64,000 bases of DNA from Eledone cirrhosa (Eukaryota). Of this stretch, positions 39,071-54,130 are shown piece after piece. The notes beneath the pieces were generated by a model. It saw nothing but the letters and a program-made list of their open reading frames with translations. It was not told where the DNA came from and ran no database searches. Where the stretch lies: the NCBI GenBank assembly GCA_964016885.1, contig OZ024764.1, positions 19,034,001-19,098,000 of the forward strand, in the 5' to 3' direction. A program made the translations under genes and the position numbers. Position 1 is the first letter of the stretch; every line of letters starts with the position of its first letter.

Positions 39071-42000
39071 GTAGGTGTCATAACAAAAAGTACCCAGTCC
39101 ACACTGTAGAGTGGTCAGGTAGGTATCATGACAAAAAGTACCCAGTCCACACTGTAAAGTGGTCATGTAGGTGTCACAACAAAAAGTACCCAGTCCACAC
39201 TGTAAAGTGGTCATGTAGGTGTCATAACAAAAAGTACCCAGTCCACACTATAAAGTGGTCAGGTAGGTGTCACAACAAAAAGTACCCAGTCCACACTGTA
39301 AAGTGGTCATGTAGGTGTCACAACAAAAAGTACCCAGTCCACACTGTAAAGTGGTCATGTAGGTGTCATAACAAAAAGTACCCAGTCCACACTGTAAAGT
39401 GGTCAGGTAGGTGTCACAACAAAAAGTACCCAGTCCACACTGTAAAGTGGTCATGTAGGTGTCACAACAAAAAGTACCCAGTCCACACTGTAACGTGGTC
39501 ATGTAGGTGTCACAACAAAAAGTACCCGGTCCACACTGTAAAGTGGTCATGTAGGTGTCACAACAAAAAGTACCCAGTCCACACTGTAAAGTGGTCATGT
39601 AGGTGTCACAACAAAAAGTACCCAGTCCACACTGTAAAGTGGTCATGTAGGTGTCACAACAAAAAGTACCCAGTCCACCCTGTAAAGTGGTCATATATGT
39701 GTCACAACAAAAATTACCCAGTCCACCCTGTAAAGTGGTCATGTATGTGTCACAACAAAAAGTACCCAGTCCACACTGTAAAGTGGTCATGTATGTGTCA
39801 CAACAAAAAGTACCCAGTCCACACTGTAAAGTGGTCATGTAGGTGTCACAACAAAAAGTACCCAGTCCACACTGTAAAGTGGTCATGTAGGTGTCATAAC
39901 AAAAAGTACCCAGTCCACACTGTAGAGTGGTCAGGTAGGTATCATGACAAAAAGTACCCAGTCCACACTGTAAAGTGGTCATGTAGGTGTCACAACAAAA
40001 AGTACCCAGTCCACACTGTAAAGTGGTCATGTAGGTGTCATAACAAAAAGTACCCAGTCCACACTGTAAAGTGGTCATGTAGGTGTCACAACAAAAAGTA
40101 CCCAGTCCACACTGTAAAGTGGTCATGTAGGTGTCATAACAAAAAGTACCCAGTCCACACTGTAAAGTGGTCATGTAGGTGTCACAACAAAAAGTACCCA
40201 GTCCACACTGTAAAGTGGTCATGTAGGTGTCACAACAAAAAGTACCCAGTCCACACTGTAAAGTGGTCATGTAGGTGTCACAACAAAAAGTACCCAGTCC
40301 ACACTGTAAAGTGGTCATGTATGTGTCACAACAAAAAGTACCCAGTCCACACTGTAAAGTGGTCATGTAGGTGTCATAACAAAAAGTACCCAGTCCACAC
40401 TGTAAAGTGGTCATGTAGGTGTCACAACAAAAAGTACCCAGTCCACACTGTAAAGTGGTCATGTAGGTGTCATAACAAAAAGTACCCAGTCCACACTGTA
40501 AAGTGGTCATGTAGGTGTCACAACAAAAAGTACCCAGTCCACACTGTAAAGTGGTCATGTAGGTGTCATAACAAAAAGTACCCAGTCCACACTGTAAAGT
40601 GGTCATGTAGGTGTCACAACAAAAAGTACCCAGTCCACACTGTAAAGTGGTCATGTAGGTGTCACAACAAAAAGTACCCAGTCCACACTGTAAAGTGGTC
40701 ATGTAGGTGTCACAACAAAAAGTACCCAGTCCACACTGTAAAGTGGTCATGTATGTGTCACAACAAAAAGTACCCAGTCCACACTGTAAAGTGGTCATGT
40801 AGGTGTCATAACAAAAAGTACCCAGTCCACACTGTAGAGTGGTCAGGTAGGTATCATGACAAAAAGTACCCAGTCCACACTGTAAAGTGGTCATGTAGGT
40901 GTCACAACAAAAAGTACCCAGTCCACACTGTAAAGTGGTCATGTAGGTGTCATAACAAAAAGTACCCAGTCCACACTGTAAAGTGGTCATGTAGGTGTCA
41001 CAACAAAAAGTACCCAGTCCACACTGTAAAGTGGTCATGTAGGTGGCACAACAAAAAGTACCCAGTCCACACTGTAAAGTGGTCATGTAGGTGTCATAAC
41101 AAAAAGTACCCAGTCCACACTGTAAAGTGGTCATGTAGGTGTCACAACAAAAAGTACCCAGTCCACACTGTAAAGTGGTCATGTAGGTGTCATAACAAAA
41201 AGTACCCAGTCCACACTGTAGAGTGGTCAGGTAGGTATCATGACAAAAAGTACCCAGTCCACACTGTAAAGTGGTCATGTAGGTGTCACAACAAAAAGTA
41301 CCCAGTCCACACTGTAAAGTGGTCATGTAGGTGTCACAACAAAAAGTACCCAGTCCACACTGTAAAGTGGTCATGTAGGTGTCATAACAAAAAGTACCCA
41401 GTCCACACTGTAAAGTGGTCATGTAGGTGTCACAACAAAAAGTACCCAGTCCACACTGTAAAGTGGTCATGTAGGTGTCATAACAAAAAGTACCCAGTCC
41501 ACACTGTAAAGTGGTCATGTAGGTGTCACAACAAAAAGTACCCAGTCCACACTGTAAAGTGGTCAGGTAGGTGTCATAACAAAAAGTACCCAGTCCACAC
41601 TGTAAAGTGGTCATGTAGGTGTCACAACAAAAAGTACCCAGTCCACACTGTAAAGTGGTCATGTAGGTGTCACAACAAACTACACCCAGTCCACACTGTA
41701 AAGTGGTCATGTAGGTGTCACAACAAAAAGTACCCAGTCCACACTGTAAAGTGGTCATGTAGGTGTCATAACAAAAAGTACCCAGTCCACACTGTAGAGT
41801 GGTCAGGTAGGTATCATGACAAAAAGTACCCAGTCCACACTGTAAAGTGGTCATGTAGGTGTCACAACAAAAAGTACCCAGTCCACACTGTAAAGTGGTC
41901 AGGTAGGTATCATGACAAAAAGTACCCAGTCCACACTGTAAAGTGGTCATGTAGGTGTCACAACAAAAAGTACCCAGTCCACACTGTAGAGTGGTCAGGT

Positions 42001-45000
42001 AGGTATCATGACAAAAAGTACCCAGTCCACACTGTAAAGTGGTCATGTAGGTATCATGACAAAAAGTACCCAGTCCACACTGTAAAGTGGTAATGTAGGT
42101 GTCACAAAAAAAAACAACACCCAGTCCACACTGTAAAGTGGTCATGTAGGTGTCACGACAAAAAGTACCCAGTCCACCTCTGTAAAGTGGTCATGTAGGT
42201 GTCACAACAAAAAGTACCCAGTCCACACTGTAAAGTGGTCATGTAGGTGTCACAACAAAAAGTACCCAGTCCACACTGTAAAGTGGTCATGTAGGTGTCA
42301 TAACAAAAAGTACCCAGTCCACACTGTAAAGTGGTCAGGTAGGTGTCACAACAAAAAGTACCCAGTCCACACTGTAAAGTGGTCATGTAGGTGTCACACA
42401 AAAAGTACCCAGTCCACACTGTAAAGTGGTCATGTAGGTGTCACAACAAAAAGTACCAAGTCCACACTGTAGAGTGGTCAGGTAGGTATCATGACAAAAA
42501 GTACCCAGTCCACACTGTAAAGTGGTCATGTAGGTATCATGACAAAAAGTACCCAGTCCACACTGTAAAGTGGTAATGTAGGTGTCACAAAAAAAAACAA
42601 CACCCAGTCCACACTGTAAAGTGGTCATGTAGGTGTCACGACAAAAAGTACCCAGTCCACCTCTGTAAAGTGGTCATGTAGGTGTCACAACAAAAAGTAC
42701 CCAGTCCACACTGTAAAGTGGACATGTAGGTGTCATGACAAAAAGTACCCAGTCCACACTGTAAAGTGGTCATGTAGGTGTCACAACAAAAAGTACCCAG
42801 TCCACACTGTAAAGTGGTCATGTAGGTGTCACAACAAAAAGTACCCAGTCCACACTGTAAAGTGGTCATGTAGGTGTCACAACAAAAAGTACCCAGGCCA
42901 CACTGTAAAGTGATCATGTAGGTGTCACAACAAAATATACCCAGTCCACACTGTAAAGTGGTCATGTAGGTGTCACAACAAAAAGTACCCAGTCCACACT
43001 GTAAAGTGGTCATGTAGGTGTCACAACAAAAAGTACCCAGTCCACACTGTAAAGTGGTCATGTAGGTGTCACAACAAAAAGTACCCAGTCCACCCTGTAA
43101 AGTGGTCATATATGTCACAACAAAAGGTACCCAGTCCACCCTGTAAAGTGGTCATGTATGTGTCACAACAAAAAGTACCCAGTCCACACTGTAAAGTGGA
43201 CATGTAGGTGTCATGACAAAAAGTACCCAGTCCACACTGTAAAGTGGTCATGTAGGTGTCACAACAAAAAGTACCCAGTCCACACTGTAAAGTGGTCATG
43301 TAGGTGTCACAACAAAAAGTACCCAGTCCACACTGTAAAGTGGTCATGTAGGTGTCACAACAAAAAGTACCCAGGCCACACTGTAAAGTGGTCATGTAGG
43401 TGTCACAACAAAAAGTACCCAGTCCACACTGTAAAGTGGTCATGTAGGTGTCACAACAAAAAGTACCCAGTCCACACTGTAAAGTGGTCATGTAGGTGTC
43501 ACAACAAAAAGTACCCAGTCCACACTGTAAAGTGGTCATGTAGGTGTCACAACAAAAAGTACCCAGTCCACACTGTAAAGTGGTCATGTAGGTGTCACAA
43601 CAAAAAGTACCCAGTCCACCCTGTAAAGTGGTCATATATGTGTCACAACAAAAAGTACCCAGTCCACCCTGTAAAGTGGTCATGTATGTGTCACAACAAA
43701 ATTACCCAGTCCACACTGTAAAGTGGTCATGTAGGTGTCACAACAAAAAGTACCCAGTCCACACTGTAAAGTGGTCATGTAGGTGTCATAACAAAAAGTA
43801 CCCAGTCCACACTGTAGAGTGGTCATGTAGGTGTCACAACAAAAAGTACCCAGTCCACACTGTAGAGTGGTCAGGTAGGTATCATGACAAAAAGTACCCA
43901 GTCCACACTGTAAAGTGGTCATGTAGGTGTCACAACAAAAAGTACCCAGTCCACACTGTAAAGTGGTCATGTAGGTGTCATAACAAAAAGTACCCAGTCC
44001 ACACTATAAAGTGGTCAGGTAGGTGTCACAACAAAAAGTACCCAGTCCACACTGTAAAGTGGTCATGTAGGTGTCACAACAAAAAGTACCCAGTCCACAC
44101 TGTAAAGTGGTCATGTAGGTGTCATAACAAAAAGTACCCAGTCCACACTGTAAAGTGGTCAGGTAGGTGTCACAACAAAAAGTACCCAGTCCACACTGTA
44201 AAGTGGTCATGTAGGTGTCACAACAAAAAGTACCCAGTCCACACTGTAAAGTGGTCATGTATGTGTCACAACAAAAAGTACCCAGTCCACACTGTAAAGT
44301 GGTCATGTAGGTGTCACAACAAAAAGTACCCAGTCCACACTGTAAAGTGGTCATGTAGGTGTCATAACAAAAAGTACCCAGTCCACACTGTAGAGTGGTA
44401 AGGTAGATGTCATGACAAAAAGTACCCAGACCACACTGTAAAGTGGTCATGTAGGTGTCACAACAAAAAGTACCCAGTCCACACTGTAAAGTGGTCATGT
44501 AGGTGTCATAACAAAAAGTACCCAGTCCACACTGTAAAGTGGTCAGGTAGGTGTCACAATAAAAAGTACCCAGTCCACACTGTAAAGTGGTCATGTAGGT
44601 GTCACAACAAAAAGTACCCAGTCCACACTGTAAAGTAGTCATGTAGGTGTCATAACAAAAAGTACCCAGTCCACACTGTAAAGTGGTCAGGTAGGTGTCA
44701 CAACAAAAAGTACCCAGTCCACACTGTAAAGTGGTCATGTAGGTGTCACAACAAAAAGTACCAAGTCCACACTGTAGAGTGGTCAGGTAGGTATCATGAC
44801 AAAAAGTACCCAGTCCACACTGTAAAGTGGTCATGTAGGTATCATGACAAAAAGTACCCAGTCCACACTGTAAAGTGGTAATGTAGGTGTCACAAAAAAA
44901 AACAACACCCAGTCCACACTGTAAAGTGGTCATGTAGGTGTCACGACAAAAAGTACCCAGTCCACCTCTGTAAAGTGGTCATGTAGGTGTCACAACAAAA

Positions 45001-48000
45001 AGTACCCAGTCCACACTGTAAAGTGGTCATGTAGGTGTCACAACAAAAAGTACCCAGTCCACACTGTAAAGTGGTCATGTAGGTGTCACAACAAAAAGTA
45101 CCCAGTCCACCCTGTAAAGTGGTCATATATGTGTCACAACAAAAATTACCCAGTCCACCCTGTAAAGTGGTCATGTATGTGTCACAACAAAAAGTACCCA
45201 GTCCACACTGTAAAGTGGTCATGTAGGTGTCACAACAAAAAGTACCCAGTCCACACTGTAAAGTGGTCATGTAGGTGTCACAACAAAAAGTACCCAGTCC
45301 ACACTGTAAAGTGGTCATGTAGGTGTCATAACAAAAAGTACCCAGTCCACACTGTAAAGTGGGCAGGTAGGTGTCACAACAAAAAGTACCCAGTCCACAC
45401 TGTAAAGTGGTCATGTAGGTGTCACAACAAAAAGTACCCAGTCCACACTGTAAAGTGGTCATGTATGTGTCACAACAAAAAGTACCCAGTCCACACTGTA
45501 AAGTGGTCATGTAGGTGTCACAACAAAAAGTACCCAGTCCACACTGTAAAGTGGTCATGTAGGTGTCACAACAAAAAGTACCCAGTCCACACTGTAAAGT
45601 GGTCATGTAGGTGTCATAACAAAAAGTACCCAGTCCACACTGTAGAGTGGTCAGGTAGGTATCATGACAAAAAGTACCCAGTCCACACTGTAAAGTGGTC
45701 ATGTAGGTGTCACAACAAAAAGTACCCAGTCCACACTGTAAAGTGGTCATGTAGGTGTCACAACAAAAAGTACCCAGTCCACACTGTAAAGTGGTCATGT
45801 AGGTGTCATAACAAAAAGTACCCAGTCCACACTGTAAAGTGGTCATGTAGGTGTCACAACAAAAAGTACCCAGTCCACACTGTAAAGTGGTCATGTAGGT
45901 GTCATAACAAAAAGTACCCAGTCCACACTGTAAAGTGGTCATGTAGGTGTCACAACAAAAAGTACCCAGTCCACACTGTAAAGTGGTCATGTAGGTGTCA
46001 TAACAAAAAGTACCCAGTCCACACTGTAAAGTGGGCAGGTAGGTGTCACAACAAAAAGTACCCAGTCCACACTGTAAAGTGGTCATGTAGGTGTCACAAC
46101 AAAAAGTACCCAGTCCACACTGTAAAGTGGTCATGTAGGTGTCACAACAAAAAGTACCCAGTCCACACTGTAAAGTGGTCATGTAGGTGTCATAACAAAA
46201 AGTACCCAGTCCACACTGTAGAGTGGTCAGGTAGGTATCATGACAAAAAGTACCCAGTCCACACTGTAAAGTGGTCATGTAGGTGTCACAACAAAAAGTA
46301 CCCAGTCCACACTGTAAAGTGGTCATGTAGGTGTCACAACAAAAAGTACCCAGTCCACACTGTAAAGTGGTCATGTAGGTGTCATAACAAAAAGTACCCA
46401 GTCCACACTGTAAAGTGGTCATGTAGGTGTCACAACAAAAAGTACCCAGTCCACACTGTAAAGTGGTCATGTAGGTGTCATAACAAAAAGTACCCAGTCC
46501 ACACTGTAAAGTGGTCATGTAGGTGTCACAACAAAAAGTACCCAGTCCACACTGTAAAGTGGTCATGTAGGTGTCATAACAAAAAGTACCCAGTCCACAC
46601 TGTAAAGTGGGCAGGTAGGTGTCACAACAAAAAGTACCCAGTCCACACTGTAAAGTGGTCATGTAGGTGTCACAACAAAAAGTACCCAGTCCACACTGTA
46701 AAGTGGTCATGTATGTGTCACAACAAAAAGTACCCAGTCCACACTGTAAAGTGGTCATGTAGGTGTCACAACAAAAAGTACCCAGTCCACACTGTAAAGT
46801 GGTCATGTAGGTGTCATAACAAAAAGTACCCAGTCCACACTGTAGAGTGGTCAGGTAGGTATCATGACAAAAAGTACCCAGTCCACACTGTAAAGTGGTC
46901 ATGTAGGTGTCACAACAAAAAGTACCCAGTCCACACTGTAAAGTGGTCAGGTAGGTGTCACAACAAAAAGTACCCAGTCCACACTGTAAAGTGGTCATGT
47001 AGGTGTCATAACAAAAAGTACCCAGTCCACACTGTAAAGTGGTCAGGTAGGTGGCACAACAAAAAGTACCCAGTCCACACTGTAAAGTGGTCATGTAGGT
47101 GTCACAACAAAAAGTACCAAGTCCACACTGTAGAGTGGTCAGGTAGGTATCATGACAAAAAGTACCCAGTCCACACTGTAAAGTGGTCATGTAGGTGTCA
47201 TAACAAAAAGTACCCAGTCCACACTGTAAAGTGGTCAGGTAGGTGGCACAACAAAAAGTACCCAGTCCACACTGTAAAGTGGTCATGTAGGTGTCACAAC
47301 AAAAAGTACCAAGTCCACACTGTAGAGTGGTCAGGTAGGTATCATGACAAAATGTACCCAGTCCACACTGTAAAGTGGTAATGTAGGTGTCACAAAAAAA
47401 AACAACACCCAGTCCACACTGTAAAGTGGTCATGTAGGTGTCACGACAAAAAGTACCGAGTCCACCTCTGTAAAGTGGTCATGTAGGTGTCACAACAAAA
47501 AGTACCCAGTCCACACTGTAAAGTGGTCATGTAGGTGTCATAACAAAAAGTACCCAGTCCACACTGTAGAGTGGTCAGGTAGGTGTCATAACAAAAAGTA
47601 CCCAGTCCACACTGTAAAGTGGTCAGGTAGGTGTCATAACAAAAAGTACCCAGTCCACACTGTAGAGTGGTCAGGTAGGTGTCATAACAAAAAGTACCCA
47701 GTCCACACTGTAAAGTGGTCATGTAGGTGTCACAACAAAAAGTACCCAGTCCACACTGTAAAGTGGTCATGTAGGTGTCATAACAAAAAGTACCCAGTCC
47801 ACACTGTAGAGTGGTCAGGTAGGTGTCATAACAAAAAGTACCCAGTCCACACTGTAAAGTGGTCAGGTAGGTATCATGACAAAAAGTACCCAGTCCACAC
47901 TGTAAAGTGGTCATGTAGGTGTCACAACAAAAAGTACCCAGTCCACACTGTAAAGTGGTCATGTAGGTGTCATAACAAAAAGTACCCAGTCCACACTATA

Positions 48001-51000
48001 AAGTGGTCAGGTAGGTGTCACAACAAAAAGTACCCAGTCCACACTGTAAAGTGGTCATGTAGGTGTCACAACAAAAAGTACCCAGTCCACACTGTAAAGT
48101 GGTCATGTAGGTGTCATAACAAAAAGTACCCAGTCCACACTGTAAAGTGGTCAGGTAGGTGTCACAACAAAAAGTACCCAGTCCACACTGTAAAGTGGTC
48201 ATGTAGGTGTCACAACAAAAAGTACCCAGTCCACACTGTAAAGTGGTCATGTATGTGTCACAACAAAAAGTACCCAGTCCACACTGTAAAGTGGTCATGT
48301 AGGTGTCACAACAAAAAGTACCCAGTCCACACTGTAAAGTGGTCATGTAGGTGTCATAACAAAAAGTACCCAGTCCACACTGTAGAGTGGTAAGGTAGAT
48401 GTCATGACAAAAAGTACCCAGTCCACACTGTAAAGTGGTCATGTAGGTGTCACAACAAAAAGTACCCAGTCCACACTGTAAAGTGGTCATGTAGGTGTCA
48501 CAACAAAAAGTACCCAGTCCACACTGTAAAGTGGTCATGTAGGTGTCACAACAAAAAGTACCCAGTCCACACTGTAAAGTGGTCATGTAGGTGTCACAAC
48601 AAAAAGTACCCAGTCCACACTGTAAAGTGGTCATGTAGGTGTCACAACAAAAAGTACCCAGTCCACCCTGTAAAGTGGTCATATATGTGTCACAACAAAA
48701 ATTACCCAGTCCACCCTGTAAAGTGGTCATGTATGTGTCACAACAAAAAGTACCCAGTCCACACTGTAAAGTGGTCATGTATGTGTCACAACAAAAAGTA
48801 CCCAGTCCACACTGTAAAGTGGTCATGTAGGTGTCACAACAAAAAGTACCCAGTCCACAATGTAAAGTGGTCATGTAGGTGTCATAACAAAAAGTACCCA
48901 GTCCACACTGTAAAGTGGTCAGGTAGGTGTCACAACAAAAAGTACCCAGTCCACACTGTAAAGTGGTCATGTAGGTGTCACAACAAAAAGTACCCAGTCC
49001 ACACTGTAACGTGGTCATGTAGGTGTCACAACAAAAAGTACCCAGTCCACACTGTAAAGTGGTCATGTAGGTGTCACAACAAAAAGTACCCAGTCCACAC
49101 TGTAAAGTGGTCATGTAGGTGTCACAACAAAAAGTACCCAGTCCACACTGTAAAGTGGTCATGTAGGTGTCACAACAAAAAGTACCCAGTCCACCCTGTA
49201 AAGTGGTCATATATGTGTCACAACAAAAATTACCCAGTCCACCCTGTAAAGTGGTCATGTATGTGTCACAACAAAAAGTACCCAGTCCACACTGTAAAGT
49301 GGTCATGTATGTGTCACAACAAAAAGTACCCAGTCCACACTGTAAAGTGGTCATGTAGGTGTCACAACTAAAAGTACCCAGTCCACACTGTAAAGTGGTC
49401 ATGTAGGTGTCATAACAAAAAGTACCCAGTCCACACTGTAGAGTGGTCAGGTAGGTATCATGACAAAAAGTACCCAGTCCACACTGTAAAGTGGTCATGT
49501 AGGTGTCACAACAAAAAGTACCCAGTCCACACTGTAAAGTGGTCATGTAGGTGTCATAACAAAAAGTACCCAGTCCACACTGTAAAGTGGTCATGTAGGT
49601 GTCACAACAAAAAGTACCCAGTCCACACTGTACAGTGGTCATGTAGGTGTCATAACAAAAAGTACCCAGTCCACACTGTAAAGTGGGCAGGTAGGTGTCA
49701 CAACAAAAAGTACCCAGTCCACACTGTAAAGTGGTCATGTAGGTGTCACAACAAAAAGTACCCAGTCCACACTGTAAAGTGGTCATGTATGTGTCACAAC
49801 AAAAAGTACCCAGTCCACACTGTAAAGTGGTCATGTAGGTGTCACAACAAAAAGTACCCAGTCCACACTGTAAAGTGGTCATGTAGGTGTCATAACAAAA
49901 AGTACCCAGTCCACACTGTAGAGTGGTCAGGTAGGTATCATGACAAAAAGTACCCAGTCCACACTGTAAAGTGGTCATGTAGGTGTCACAACAAAAAGTA
50001 CCCAGTCCACACTGTAAAGTGGTCATGTAGGTGTCATAACAAAAAGTACCCAGTCCACACTGTAAAGTGGTCAGGTAGGTGGCACAACAAAAAGTACCCA
50101 GTCCACACTGTAAAGTGGTCATGTAGGTGTCACAACAAAAAGTACCCAGTCCACACTGTAAAGTGGTCAGGTAGGTGTCACAACAAAAAGTACCCAGTCC
50201 ACACTGTAAAGTGGTCATGTAGGTGTCATAACAAAAAGTACCCAGTCCACACTGTAAAGTGGTCAGGTAGGTGGCACAACAAAAAGTACCCAGTCCACAC
50301 TGTAAAGTGGTCATGTAGGTGTCACAACAAAAAGTACCAAGTCCACACTGTAGAGTGGTCAGGTAGGTATCATGACAAAAAGTACCCAGTCCACACTGTA
50401 AAGTGGTCAGGTAGGTGTCACAACAAAAAGTACCCAGTCCACACTGTAAAGTGGTCATGTAGGTGTCACACAAAAAGTACCCAGTCCACACTGTAAAGTG
50501 GTCATGTAGGTGTCATAACAAAAAGTACCCAGTCCACACTGTAAAGTGGTCAGGTAGGTGGCACAACAAAAAGTACCCAGTCCACACTGTAAAGTGGTCA
50601 TGTAGGTGTCACAACAAAAAGTACCAAGTCCACACTGTAGAGTGGTCAGGTAGGTATCATGACAAAATGTACCCAGTCCACACTGTAAAGTGGTCATGTA
50701 GGTATCATGACAAAAAGTACCCAGTCCACACTGTAAAGTGGTAATGTAGGTGTCACAAAAAAAAACAACACCCAGTCCACACTGTAAAGTGGTCATGTAG
50801 GTGTCACGACAAAAAGTACCGAGTCCACCTCTGTAAAGTGGTCATGTAGGTGTCACAACAAAAAGTACCCAGTCCACACTGTAAAGTGGTCATGTAGGTG
50901 TCATAACAAAAAGTACCCAGTCCACACTGTAGAGTGGTCAGGTAGGTATCATGACAAAAAGTACCCAGTCCACACTGTAAAGTGGTAATGTAGGTGTCAC

Positions 51001-54000
51001 AAAAAAAAACAACACCCAGTCCACACTGTAAAGTGGTCATGTAGGTGTCACGACAAAAAGTACCGAGTCCACCTCTGTAAAGTGGTCATGTAGGTGTCAC
51101 GACAAAAAGTACCGAGTCCACCTCTGTAAAGTGGTCATGTAGGTGTCACAACAAAAAGTACCCAGTCCACACTGTAAAGTGGTCATGTAGGTGTCACAAC
51201 AAAAAGTACCCAGTCCACACTGTAAAGTGGTCATGTAGGTGTCATAACAAAAAGTACCCAGTCCACACTATAAAGTGGTCAGGTAGGTGTCACAACAAAA
51301 AGTACCCAGTCCACACTGTAAAGTGGTCATGTAGGTGTCACAACAAAAAGTACCCAGTCCACACTGTAAAGTGGTCATGTAGGTGTCATAACAAAAAGTA
51401 CCCAGTCCACACTGTAAAGTGGTCAGGTAGGTGTCACAACAAAAAGTACCCAGTCCACACTGTAAAGTGGTCATGTAGGTGTCACAACAAAAAGTACCCA
51501 GTCCACACTGTAAAGTGGTCATGTATGTGTCACAACAAAAAGTACCCAGTCCACACTGTAAAGTGGTCATGTAGGTGTCACAACAAAAAGTACCCAGTCC
51601 ACACTGTAAAGTGGTCATGTAGGTGTCATAACAAAAAGTACCCAGTCCACACTGTAGAGTGGTAAGGTAGATGTCATGACAAAAAGTACCCAGTCCACAC
51701 TGTAAAGTGGTCATGTAGGTGTCACAACAAAAAGTACCCAGTCCACACTGTAAAGTGGTCATGTAGGTGTCATAACAAAAAGTACCCAGTCCACACTGTA
51801 AAGTGGTCAGGTAGGTGTCACAATAAAAAGTACCCAGTCCACACTGTAAAGTGGTCATGTAGGTGTCACAACAAAAAGTACCCAGTCCACACTGTAAAGT
51901 AGTCATGTAGGTGTCATAACAAAAAGTACCCAGTCCACACTGTAAAGTGGTCAGGTAGGTGTCACAACAAAAAGTACCCAGTCCACACTGTAAAGTGGTC
52001 ATGTAGGTGTCACAACAAAAAGTACCAAGTCCACACTGTAGAGTGGTCAGGTAGGTATCATGACAAAAAGTACCCAGTCCACACTGTAAAGTGGTCATGT
52101 AGGTGTCACAACAAAGAGTACCCAGTCCACACTGTAAAGTGGTCATGTAGGTGTCATAACAAAAAGTACCCAGTCCACACTGTAAAGTGGTCATGTAGGT
52201 GTCACAACAAAAAGTACCCAGTCCACACTGTAAAGTGGTCATGTAGGTGTCATAACAAAAAGTACCCAGTCCACACTGTAAAGTGGGCAGGTAGGTGTCA
52301 CAACAAAAAGTACCCAGTCCACACTGTAAAGTGGTCATGTAGGTGTCACAACAAAAAGTACCCAGTCCACACTGTAAAGTGGTCATGTATGTGTCACAAC
52401 AAAAAGTACCCAGTCCACACTGTAAAGTGGTCATGTAGGTGTCACAACAAAAAGTACCCAGTCCACACTGTAAAGTGGTCATGTAGGTGTCATAACAAAA
52501 AGTACCCAGTCCACACTGTAGAGTGGTCAGGTAGGTATCATGACAAAAAGTACCCAGTCCACACTGTAAAGTGGTCATGTAGGTATCATGACAAAAAGTA
52601 CCCAGTCCACACTGTAAAGTGGTAATGTAGGTGTCACAAAAAAAAACAACACCCAGTCCACACTGTAAAGTGGTCATGTAGGTGTCACGACAAAAAGTAC
52701 CGAGTCCACCTCTGTAAAGTGGTCATGTAGGTGTCACAACAAAAAGTACCCAGTCCACACTGTAAAGTGGTCATGTAGGTGTCATAACAAAAAGTACCCA
52801 GTCCACACTGTAGAGTGGTCAGGTAGGTATCATGACAAAAAGTACCCAGTCCACACTGTAAAGTGGTCATGTAGGTGTCACAACAAAAAGTACCCAGTCC
52901 ACACTGTAAAGTAGTCATGTAGGTGTCATAACAAAAAGTACCCAGTCCACACTGTAAAGTGGTCAGGTAGGTGTCACAACAAAAAGTACCCAGTCCACAC
53001 TGTAAAGTGGTCATGTAGGTGTCACAACAAAAAGTACCCAGTCCACACTGTAAAGTGGTCATGTAGGTGTCATAACAAAAAGTACCCAGTCCACACTGTA
53101 AAGTGGTCAGGTAGGTGTCACAACAAAAAGTACCCAGTCCACACTGTAAAGTGGTCATGTAGGTGTCACAACAAAAAGTACCCAGTCCACACTGTAAAGT
53201 GGTCATGTAGGTGTCACAACAAAAAGTACCCAGTCCACACTGTAAAGTGGTCATGTATGTGTCACAACAAAAGGTACCCAGTCCACACTGTAAAGTGGTC
53301 ATGTAGGTGTCACAACAAAAAGTACCCAGTCCACACTGTAAAGTGGTCATGTAGGTGTCATAACAAAAAGTACCCAGTCCACACTGTAGAGTGGTCAGGT
53401 AGGTATCATGACAAAAAGTACCCAGTCCACACTGTAAAGTGGTAATGTAGGTGTCACAAAAAAAAACAACACCCAGTCCACACTGTAAAGTGGTCATGTA
53501 GGTGTCACGACAAAAAGTACCCAGTCCACCTCTGTAAAGTGGTCATGTAGGTGTCACAACAAAAAGTACCCAGTCCACACTGTAAAGTGGTCATGTAGGT
53601 GTCACAACAAAAAGTACCCAGTCCACACTGTAAAGTGGTCAGGTAGGTGTCACAACAAAAAGTACCCAGTCCACACTGTAAAGTGGTCATGTAGGTGTCA
53701 CACAAAAAGTACCCAGTCCACACTGTAAAGTGGTCAGGTAGGTGTCACAACAAAAAGTACCCAGTCCACACTGTAAAGTGGTCATGTAGGTGTCACACAA
53801 AAAGTACCCAGTCCACACTGTAAAGTGGTCATGTAGGTGTCATAACAAAAAGTACCCAGTCCACACTGTAAAGTGGTCAGGTAGGTGGCACAACAAAAAG
53901 TACCCAGTCCACACTGTAAAGTGGTCATGTAGGTGTCACAACAAAAAGTACCAAGTCCACACTGTAGAGTGGTCAGGTAGGTATCATGACAAAAAGTACC

Positions 54001-54130
54001 CAGTCCACACTGTAAAGTGGTCATGTAGGTATCATGACAAAAAGTACCCAGTCCACACTGTAAAGTGGTAATGTAGGTGTCACAAAAAAAAACAACACCC
54101 AGTCCACACTGTAAAGTGGTCATGTAGGTG

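Noticed and set aside
38836-42093. Zinc-finger or metallothionein-like protein from the Cys/His-rich translation (CRCHNKKYPVHTVKWS)n
   Set aside because: It lacks C2H2 spacing (C-x2-4-C-x12-H-x3-5-H, 28-aa period) and TGEKP linkers. Stops (TGA, TAA, TAG variants) and frameshifts are amplified along with the repeat.
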